Source of the DNA: Hydrolagus colliei
Taxonomy: Eukaryota
Assembly (NCBI GenBank): GCA_035084275.1
Contig: CM068742.1
Location: 55,986,001-56,050,000 of the forward strand
Reading direction: 5' to 3'
Length of the DNA: 64,000 bases
Part shown: positions 53,771-64,000 of the stretch, piece by piece
Position numbering within the stretch: the first letter of the stretch is position 1
How the letters are laid out: the number at the start of each line of letters is the position of its first letter
Program-made: the position numbers and the translations under genes
Notes under the pieces: model-generated
Told to the model about the DNA's origin: nothing
What the model saw: only the letters and a program-made list of their open reading frames with translations
Databases searched by the model: none

Positions 53771-55300
53771 ATATGGGAGTTATTAGTGTTGTGTTTAATT
53801 ACTTAGAAGTGCTTAGAAAAGGGGTGAATCCAGCTGTATGCAGTTTAATTCAAGATGCACTTAATTCTACCTGCTTCTGTTTGCCTTGCTTGCAGTGGAC
53901 TCTAGCTGTTATAGGACAGATGGTAAAAAGTAGCTACTACCTTGACCTAGACTCTTTCTGCAACCATATATTTTTTGCCTCAACTCCTATAGCTAAAGTA
54001 ATGGATATGTTGAATTGTAACTGGCTGATTCGATTTGCATTTAGAATGGATCACAAGGTTTTCAGAATGTTCCATGCATTTAGAATAGAAACTGTTTATC
54101 TGAAATAAATTGAATTTCTTAAGGATTTGGTATTTTTGGGGAAGGGATTTCCACCAATTTTTTGCTTCCAATTGATATATTTTTCTTTCCTAGATAATGT
54201 TTCACTTGTGTTCAGAATTCCTTTATTTGCTTGGTTTTACGTGGTTTGTTTTATTGATTGAATCAATGTGGGCGGGGGTTATCACAGCTGAGCCTGATCT
54301 CATTCTCCTCCAGTGTTTACCTTCCATTGACTGTCTCCAGAAAGGAAATTTGGCTGCTCCTTCCCCTCCCAAACATATGGGTACGGAGCACCTCTAATGG
54401 CAGCTCTGATTTAGCACACATCTACAGATGAACCTTCATCCTCAGTCTGCAGTGCTGCCTTGGATAATACCTTCACCTTGTTGCCACTTAATAATGAGAG
54501 TAGAAGCATTTCATTTTTATGAATAAATTGCAGCTTTCTAGCATATTATCTCATCAAACGCCTCAAAAATGCAGTTCAGTAATTATTGTCAAGTTGGGTG
54601 AGTCTCATTTAAGACAAAATGGCAGCCATTTCATGCACAGCTAGATCCCACACATGGCCATGAGGTGAATGATCAATTTGTGAATTTACTACCATGTCAC
54701 AAGGAGAAATTATCTTTCCTAACAGGGCTGTTGTTGCTGATACTCTGCCAATTTAGGTTAGCCAATTGCTTCGGAATTTAGTCTGCTTGAGAGCACAAAG
54801 CACTTAACCGGTCGATCAGTGACCAATTACAGTAGCGAAAGCATTCACCTGAATGCTACACCAAGCTTACCTCAAGAGGTCTTACCTGCCTTATAAGCAT
54901 GCTTGTTTGTGTGTGTAGTGGGGAATGATTGGGAGAGGGAGGTTAATGACCCAGAAATTGTGCCAATCATCAACTTGTTTTGTTTCTTTGAATGTTCCAC
55001 CGCAAGGTGCATATATTATTATTATTATATGCAAATATGCAAAGATTATTATTATAAGTGAACAACTCCCCATATTGAGTGAGCGCCTCCCCATATTGAG
55101 TGAGCGCCTGTCAGTCAGTGATCAGAGTGTGCGTCTGGCTTTATTTAGACGGTGTTTTGTGGGATAAAATATATGTGGGAAAAGGAAGGTTCCCTCAGTG
55201 ATGATTCCCATCTTCCAGCAGCTAGAATATCTACATGTTTTACAATGAAAACAGTCTAGGTCCCAAATTGCCACTCCTGAGAAACCCTGTTGTCCGTCCC

Positions 55301-55928
55301 AGAGTCCTGTAGTCCAGTGGTTAGAATACTTGTCTCGCAAGCGAGAGACCTGGATTCTTTTCCTATGGGGCGAAATGTTGGACAGGTTTCCTTACTCCAC
55401 ATGCCTCTGTTTACCCAGCAGTAAGTAGGAACCCGGTTGTTAGCTGATTGGCATATTGCTTTTCCGGATGTAATAATTCCTTCAAAACAATAATACATTG
55501 GTCACTCAATCCATGACTGTTTGTGGAATACTGCTGTGCACACTTGTCTGCCGCGTTTCACCCACAAAATATACATTCAATTCACTTTACTGTCGATTCT
55601 GTCAAGAGCTTTGAGGCATCTTGAAGGTATGATAAGGCATATAAAAAATTACTAATATGTGTTTTTTACATTTGAAACAAAGTGAACACAATCCTAGATT
55701 CATTTGTCATGCCATCTTATGCCAGCTTTATTAAAGTGTAACTTTACAGCCACCTCTGTAATCAGAATGTCTTATTATTTAAGGTACTTTTTCATGTGGA
55801 ATTGGCTGCCAGGTTTCGCCCACAAATATACAGTCAATTCACTTTACAGCATATTCTATGAAGCACTTTGAGACGTCTAGAAGATGTGAAAGGCGCTATA
55901 TCAAACGCAAGGATTATTATTGTTATTA
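55301..55928 (+). mobile_element. Long-variant SINE (55301-~55645) plus a second SINE tail (55801-55928)
   Basis: Full head, ctctgtttacccagcagtaagtaggaacccgg segment and two tails. Confidence 0.8.
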
Positions 55929-56769
55929 ATGTATTTGGTTTTTACATTTGAAACAAAGTGAACACAATCCTAAATTGATTAATGAGGACACGTTACCAAT
56001 GAAGGCAAACTAAGTGCATCTGATCCTGAGAAAATTATTTATCTCCTGAGCAAAGCCTTTCATTGTAGATTTCACTTTACCTTGAATTTAAGCCTGGCTT
56101 TATTTTCTTTTATCATAGTGGCTTCAATATTTCAACTTGTGAAAAGGGTTTATGAGAGGATACATGAGGATCTATTTGATAGTCATACCAAGATAATTTA
56201 GTGCTTATAACAGAGATCTAAACAATATGTGATACTGTGATACAGTACTAAGTAAATCTGGATTCTTTGGTATTACAATTTTCAAAAGTGGAAGTAGTTA
56301 CAGAATGCCTAATGTCAAGAATGGAAATCAAACTCCTTTAAAATGTAATAAATATATTTGACAGCCATAAAATGGCATGTCTGGCACATTGTAGGCGTTT
56401 GAGTATCTATTTGGAGGAAGGTGAAATGTACATTATTTAGAGGAAGGAAAGTGTAATTACATGATGGGAAGTGTTATATTGTGGAAGTTTTACAGACTTG
56501 AGTGGTGGCACAGCTTAATGTACTGTCTTATTCGCCCATCAAGCCGGCTCCTTCCTCCTACAAGGTACCCCATCATGGACCTTAACCCTCTTTTTCCCCC
56601 CTTCACTTTTAATCTCCTAACAGAAAATCCTATCAAACTCCCTGCTCCCTGAAGCTTTTTATGCAAATCTCCTATTCATCTATCCTCCCCTCCCATTATT
56701 AATTCCTGACATGCTCCCCTCTCACACCATCTCAGTGTAAACCTTCCCTTATAATCCCCCTTTGTGTTT

Positions 56770-57250
56770 CCCACTAGATATTTATCCAACGCCTTTTTTT
56801 GAATAAGTTAATATACCAAACTTGAAATACTTTTGCTAAACATGTGATCCACAAATCCTCTACTCGGTAGGGAAAAATAAATCTAACCTGTACTCTCATT
56901 GGAGGCTTGTTGTTTTCTAACTTTATGCTCGCTATCTAAATCAAATAGCCTGTTTACATCTATATCATCTATATCTCAGCATTTTAAAGACCTGGATCAT
57001 GTCCCCTCTCAATCTTCTTTTCTCCATTGAGAACAAGTTCAGCTCTGCAGGTCTCTCCTCATAACTTAGAGCCTTAAGTCGTGGAATCATCCTTGTCACC
57101 GTTCTCAGAACCTTCTCTCAGAACCGATGTCCTTTTGAAGGTAGGGTACCCAAAACTAGATTTGACATCACCATTAATCAAAACAAAGTTTAACATAACT
57201 TCTTTAGACTTCATCAAATGCCCTTTAGGTGTAACTCAGAATTTAATTTG
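56770..57250 (-). mobile_element. Degenerate CR1 fragment
   Basis: ttttaaagacctggatcatgtcccctctcaatcttcttttctcca...acccaaaact. Confidence 0.55.
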
Positions 57251-57896
57251 CTTTGTTGACGACCATTTCACATGCTTGGGTTAAACAAATTCTTTCCTGT
57301 TGACGTAGATTCAAAATGTATTGTGATTCAACACTTTTCGTGATTGTAAGGTTCTTAACTAGAATGAGTTTAGCTATTCCTTAACCCACTTTAATTGGAT
57401 GTTGATCCTCAGAAGGTTGGTGCTCTTGAGGCAGTAAGAGAGGGATTTGTTCTGAAGCGCTTGATAATAATGTTGGATGGTAGAAATGTGTTCAACCTTA
57501 AAGACTCATAGTTGATAAGTCCAAAAAATATAGGCTTAGTTTTATCTTTACTGGATTCCCTCAGTTACTTGTTACTGTGCTTTGAAGGAGTTTATATACT
57601 GTAATAAGATCACATTCTTTCATTGAAATAAATCTTTGTGTCAGTACAGTACACATGTCCCCAAACTGCCTCAAGCTATTCAATCCTAAAATTCTAATTA
57701 GGGACAATAATGCGACACTAATAATCTGCTATATACTTTTTGTTTTGACACGTTTTGCCTTTAAAATTCATGTGATTTTTTTTTTCTTTCTACAATATTG
57801 TGTTTCTGTGTCTTGGTTCCGTAGAGCTATTATATTGCATGATTTGGGCTAAATTGAATTTAGCTAGTTTATGATCACAATTCCTTTATTTTTTAA

Positions 57897-58145
<249 letters not shown>

Positions 58146-59116
58146 TAATTTTATTCAAATGACATTCCTAAAATAACACACAGTTTTCTATACAATGCAT
58201 TGATATATTAATTAGTTTGATATTCAGTAGTGACAGTTGATAAGGTAGGCTGCAGAAATGATTTTTGAGTCTCTCTGCAGATCAGTTGGTTGTTGATTCT
58301 TCTTTCATATTTATCGTTCGGAGGACTCACAAAGCAATTGCTGTTCCCATTGACTTGTTTGTTTTTAAAATAAGCCCTTCGTCCTTTCAAAATATACGAA
58401 AGAAACTCAACTTCATACTCATGAAGCTTCAATTCATTGAAATTAAACATTCTGAGTAGATGAAGGGCAGTTAACTCTAAGCTTAGTTTTCTGATAAATA
58501 TCCAGCGGACCCCCCCTCCCCTTCCCTTCTGAAAAGTACATGTGCATTGGAATAGAAAAAGATTTGGTTCTGGTGGCTCCATGATTAAATAGCTTACTGG
58601 CACAATACCTGGGGTCATCTGAACAAGGGGCACTTTTGATCCATGAGGGTGTGGAAGGCTGTCATGGAACCATATCCAAACTATATCTTTGGAAGAAAAA
58701 GTGCAAAATAAAGTGGTGCAGATGAATAGAAGGACTTCTATTAGTACATAACGTTGGCTACCGGATTCATGGGGCAGTGTACTTTTTGAGGGTCAGGGGA
58801 AGACTTTCCCATTCCCTGTCCAGGTTGAAAGGTAACTTCCATATTTATACTTGTGAAATATATCAAAATATCAGGAAGATAGAAATATCGGGAAGGTTAT
58901 GCCAAAACGTATTAGTTTAACATGCAAAAGCAAAGTTGGCATTCATTTTCTGGAATCATTGACTAGTCATTTGGCTCACCAACACTGTATTGGAAATCAA
59001 GACTTTCTTTAGTTTTTGCTCTCAGATTTTTTTGTGAAATATCTAATGCTTTCCAATTGGTGGAAATTATTTCAATAGAATTGGGGATAACCATGATGTT
59101 TTTCTTTCTGTTCCAG

Positions 59117-59176
59117 ATTGATAAAGGATTTGACAAACCTACTTTTGAATTGCAAATGTCAGTGATGAGAGGCCAG
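59117..59176 (+). CDS. PI4K2B: PI4K2B coding exon 8
   Basis: IDKGFDKPTFELQMSVMRGQ; 60 nt; ttccag acceptor, CAG|gtaact. Confidence 0.95.
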
Positions 59177-59746
59177 GTAACTCTCACTTGGTTTCTTTGC
59201 CATTTTCCTTATGGTTGACAGGTGTCTTCTGTGGAAACATCTTCATGCTTAAGTCTATTTGAACCAGACAGAGTTTCACATATACATTACATAGAGATTT
59301 ATTTATCTGAAATGATGTGCTTACTATCTCCCCAGAAGATCTGCTTACCCAATTCCAGAAATTATTAGGCGCAGGTAGGCAAGAGCCAAAGTGTGTATTT
59401 AGATAGTTTAAATAGCTAAAATTACAACTTGCCATTGTAAACACTGTCTGACAACCAGCTCACTGCTGCTTGTTCAGCTTGGACTATCTCACCTGTTTAG
59501 ACTCCGGTTTACAAGGCTTATTGGAGCAAAATGCTCGTGATGCACAGAGATGTTTTGAAAGCCACTTGTTTGGCACAGGACTGATATTGCTAATGAAAAT
59601 ATTTTGATAAGGGGTTAAAAGAAACAACATCAACAAAATTACATTTAGAGAAAGAAAATTGAACACATCCAAAAAGTAAATCACTGAAGCAAACTACTTA
59701 TTTAATTCAAACTGCAGAATGGATATCTTCCTCTAAATTATTGTGT

Positions 59747-60046
59747 GCAGTCCTGTAGCTCAGTGGTTAGATCACTCACCTTACAAGCATGAGACCTGTG
59801 TTCGATTCCAGGCAAGGCAAAACCTTAGGCAAGTTTCCTTACTCCACATGCTTAATAATAAACCCTCTTACAAAATTTGGTCCTTTCAATCCACGATTGT
59901 TTGTGGGACTGCTGTGCGCAAATGGCTGCTGCATTTAGCCCACAAATATACAGTCAATTCACTTTACAGTGTATTCTATGAAGCGCTTTTGAGACATCTG
60001 GAAGACGTGAAAAGCACTATCAAGTGCAAGGACTATAATTATTATT
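59747..60046 (+). mobile_element. tRNA-derived SINE
   Basis: gtcctgtagctcagtggttagatcactcaccttacaagcatgagacctgtgttcgattccaggc...tail; further tails at 60240-60435. Confidence 0.85.
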
Positions 60047-60991
60047 GTACATTTGGCAATGTACCAAGAGTACATTTTGTTTCAGAGCAGGCCTCCTCCT
60101 ATTCCTCCTCCATCTATTCCCGTAGATTAATTTGCCTGTCAAATCAATGCTACTCACTCTATCAGAGGGTGTTCAGGGTTGAATTTTATTGTGCTGAAAT
60201 AAACTGTGAAGGACTGTTAACGGTAATCGTCCACAACAACAAATTTTGTGGCCCACAAAATATACAGACAATTCTCTTTATAGTGCATGTTGTATTCTGT
60301 GAAGTGCTTTGAGACGTCGATAAGATGTGGAAAGTGCTATATAAATGTAAGGATTATTATTATATTCCATGAAGCACTTTGTAACTTCTCAACGATGTGA
60401 TCAAGCATTATATCAAATGCATGGATTATTATTATTGAAAGCATTTTAAGTACTTTTCTTCATTTGGAACAGCTTATTGTGTTGGATAGAAATTTGACTT
60501 TGAAATTGCACTCTATTTTTCAATTTTAGAGTTTGAAACTCAACTAGGGCAATGTGTTGCCCTATTAAAATCTATCCTTTAACAAAAAATTACCTCCTCC
60601 AATGTCTTTGTGGTTAAAGGTTCCGTCCATACAAGTTGCAAATCTATAATAATAAATAATGGTAGCAATAATAATAGAGTCCCAATCTTTGCTGATTTGA
60701 GACAGATCAGCAGTTGCAGTGGTCCAGTTAACCTCACCCCTACGTTTGGATTCTCGTGCTGACTATTATCCAGCGAAACCTGATGGATGTATGTGAATGC
60801 AGAATTGGGTTTGGCCGTGATGCACAAGATTTTGAATAGCTCGTCAATGCAGTATTGGGCAAGGTACCTTACGCTGGCTGGTATTGGTATCCCAATAAGA
60901 TAAAGGAGCCTTCAAGGGGGAGGGTGAACGTGACACAAACCGACACCTTATAAAATTTTATTTTAGATCTTTCTTCTGTTTCTATGTTTAG

Positions 60992-61165
60992 ATTTTAAAC
61001 CTTACTCAGGCACTTAAGGATGGCAGAAGCCCTATTCAACTTGTCCAGATGCCTCGTGTGATTGTGGAAAGAAGTCAATCTGGAAGCCAAGGCAGAATAG
61101 TCCACCTGAGCAATGCCTTCACCCAGACTTTCCATTGCAGAAAACCCTTCTTTTCCTCTTGGTAG
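60992..61165 (+). CDS. PI4K2B: PI4K2B coding exon 9 (terminal, TAG stop)
   Basis: [57 protein letters not shown]; 174 nt; adjacency to SEPSECS supports 2B rather than 2A. Confidence 0.96.
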   Translation: MLNLTQALKDGRSPIQLVQMPRVIVERSQSGSQGRIVHLSNAFTQTFHCRKPFFSSW

Positions 61166-62230
61166 TGAATGTTTAAGGAAACAAACTTGATTTAGAGAGA
61201 GCTGCTCTTGGCCCACTGCTGTAAATACAATGCAATAAGATGAAAATGACTCGGGAAATGAATAGCTTGATTGCACTGGGTGTCTCCTTTTATGGATGCA
61301 TTCTAAATGAGGTGAAAGTTATCTACTGTATCTAAAACTGCCAAAAACAGTTGCTTTGATGTAACTCATAAAATGTTAGATTCTGAAAGTAAAGTTTACA
61401 GATATTGCAAAGTTGAAATTCTGCGTGAATTTTGTAGTGTCAGGGAATATACAAACTCCGGTCGTAATGTATTTTTATAGGATATGTACATTAATTCTCA
61501 ATTCATAATGTATTAAATATCTGGGGAGGGCTATTATAAAGGGAAATTCTTGAATAAAGACATTTATGTGTTTGTACATTCAGACCAAAAACTTTGTAAT
61601 TAATTTCATACAAATTAAAATTTAGGAGAAAATGCTTTTTGTAAGCAGCACTGATCTGACCACTTTGTTTCATTAAAAGGCATCAAATATACTGTTTAAA
61701 ATTAATTCTAAACTTGTTTTCTTACACTGCATTACATTATACAGTAGCAGAGTTGTGTTTGGATGGTAAGACTGCTGAATGATATATGTTTGCTTTATTT
61801 TTGAACTTGACAAACTATTAAAGGAAATTATTGTAATTCAACATTTTCTGGATGGAAATTTTTCCCTAAACTTATAATAATTGAAAAATGCCTGTTTGAA
61901 ATGCAAGAGAATTTCATACAACATTGCTGTTTTACGTGACTGGCTGTGTTTCAGTAAACACTGCTATGAACTTTTATTTTACCATTACTACTACAAATGG
62001 TGGGGGTTTCAAAAAAAACACTCAGGAACTGTAGCTGCGAGTATGTTCCACTTTAAGACAAATCTGAAATATTGTCAGATCAGGTCGTGAAACAGAAGCA
62101 TGTTTGATTGCTCAATTACCTTATTTTTATATTTTTTCCCAAATAGCTCCTGGTTACAGCGACAGTATTTTTGAAAAATAAATCTTCCAATAAGGGAAAT
62201 AATAAACATATCAATCTACATGTTTAAAAC
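61166..62230 (+). other. PI4K2B: PI4K2B 3' UTR with candidate polyadenylation signals
   Basis: AT-rich, repeat-free stretch after the stop; AATAAA at 61553, 62177 and 62201; 3' end inferred. Confidence 0.55.
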
Positions 62231-63529
62231 ATGAATCTATTTTGTACACAACAACATGCTATGAAACCAATGCATTTTATTTAATTGGCTCAATCCACTC
62301 ATCAGTGGACAAGTTTTCATTTTTTAACGGCCCAGCATTGTTTTCCATTTTGCCCAAGCTGTTCGGAGCTCCACCTCGGGAGTCCATTTGCTTGCACCCA
62401 AGCTCTCCCTCTTTAAAGCTATCAAGTCATCTTCTGTACCATAATCGGCAGCCACATTGCACCCACAAATATTAAGTCATTTCACTTTAGTCCTTTGAAG
62501 TGCTTTGAGATGTCTCGGAAGACATGATAAGGCACTCTGTAATCAAACGCAAGGTAAATTGTACTCCCATCATACCAGATCTCACCAAGTTCCACTAGCT
62601 CCGTATCACACCCTCACACTTGTCTACAAATCTCTTCACACCCTGGCACCACCCTAATTCTTTGACTTGCTTATTCCCCTCGCCACCGTCCACCACATCC
62701 ACTCGGCTAGCCTCTTGCTCTTGCCTCATTCCGTCCAATTCAGCATCAGGGGCCGTGCTTTAAGCCATTACGCTCGGAAACTCTGGAACTCTCTTGTTCA
62801 ATCCCATTACCTTGCCACAATCCCATCAAAACCACTTGTTTTGAATTTGACATGTGATTATCTTCTGTTGTGAAACCTGGAAAAACATCTTTGGCAGCTT
62901 CTATACAACCTAATCGATAATGAGAATGATGTAGAAATATAAATCTGTCATCTGGAGTTCACACAAATCAAATGTAGCCTGGAAATTCCAACTAAGTCAA
63001 TATTATTAAAGACAAAGTGTCTGTGTTTCCCCCATTAGGCAATAATCAATTGATGTACAGACACGATTTTATACCTCATCGGAGATGTCTAGCAAACGAA
63101 AATGCATTTTTTTTCAGGGGATCTCGAATGCCGATGAGATATATTTTAGAAAATAAGCCATAAAAATGAGGTATACATGGTATTCTGCAGTAATGTAGCA
63201 GGAGCTGAGTTGTCAGGACCTGAGTTTTCCCCTCCTCCAAAACCCTACCTCCCTCCATCCCCCATTCCACCCACTGCTCAACCAACACAGCACAAAGCCC
63301 AGCCACAGTCAAATAGTAACCATAATACGGCATTGTTGGATAGCAATTGATTTGCTGAAATTATTTATTCTCTTCATTTCCCCATCACAGTTGAAATTCT
63401 TAACACAGTAAGTGGGTGGGGAGGGAGAAGGGACTGCTGCATTACCAGAGGCGCTACGGAGGGCAAACTAATAATTATTATAATCATTAGAAAATATATA
63501 ATAAAAATATAATAATACTCAATGCACAA

Positions 63530-63682
63530 CTATTGTGGGACACTGCTGTGTGCAATTGGCTGTCACGTTTCACTCACAAAAATAAACAGTGGTTTCACTT
63601 AACAGTATATCCTGTGAAGCGCTTTGAGATGCCTCGAAGACGTGATGTCAAATGCATGGTTTCCAAATGCATGGTTTATTAT
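63530..63682 (+). mobile_element. SINE 3' half
   Basis: gtgggacactgctgtgtgcaattggctg...gtgaagcgctttgagatg. Confidence 0.75.
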
Positions 63683-63769
63683 TTTTTATAATATAAATCA
63701 AGCGCCTTTCTAAAGAGATACATATGTACTGATATATTCTACAACAAATGTATGGTTTTTTTATTCAAG

Positions 63770-64000
63770 TTGCATTAGAAGCTGCAGTCCTCCAAAACTG
63801 GCATCCTCCCACTGAATCTTTCCACTCATTCCTCCCAACAGAAGTTCTCCCAATAACACATTTGCTTAACCTTAAACCTAAAAGGCAAAGATCAAGCCTA
63901 TCAAGGACAAATCGAAATTTTGGACAAAATGAAGAAGGCCAATTAAATGAAACTGAAGAACAAAGCACAACCCAGCTGGACGTCAACGCTGAAAGAATTG
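63770..64000 (+). CDS. Possible coding exon of an unidentified gene, running off the window
   Basis: Acceptor-like ttttttattcaag followed by an uninterrupted frame ALEAAVLQNWHPPTESF...KPKRQRSS...EEGQLNETEEQSTTQLDVNAERI; no family recognised. Confidence 0.3.

Noticed and set aside
56359-56372. TGACAG-CCATAAAA MEIS/HOX-like motif
   Set aside because: Isolated and within what looks like a decayed CR1 3' region
59743-60312. 189-aa ORF in PI4K2B intron 8, and similar ORFs at 33479, 34715 and 26207
   Set aside because: Read-through of SINE sequence; the same pseudo-peptides recur in each copy
61166-62230. SECIS element or in-frame UGA recoding
   Set aside because: No in-frame TGA in either gene's exons, and neither gene is a known selenoprotein

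Overview
Vertebrate genomic DNA, most likely a cartilaginous fish judging by the repeats (Deu-domain/SacSINE-like SINEs, L2 and CR1 LINEs, Penelope-type palindrome). Two genes lie head to head. SEPSECS is on the minus strand: 8 coding exons from the ATG at 28266 to 9999, and I could not find the last exons, which probably lie left of the window. PI4K2B is complete on the plus strand: 9 coding exons at 36882-61165, 1425 nt, 474 aa. A CpG island at about 36400-37450 probably serves both genes. The rest is intronic or intergenic and rich in repeats: tRNA-derived SINEs, L2/CR1 fragments, Tc1/mariner-pogo and hAT MITEs, a probable Helitron and Penelope-type termini. Points of note are a GC-AG intron in each gene, a 4-copy promoter repeat carrying RFX-like and PBX/PKNOX motifs, a likely spliced SEPSECS 5' UTR, hammerhead-ribozyme remnants, and an unidentified open frame at the right edge. 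I see no convincing novel multi-gene system. All family names are from memory, not from database searches.
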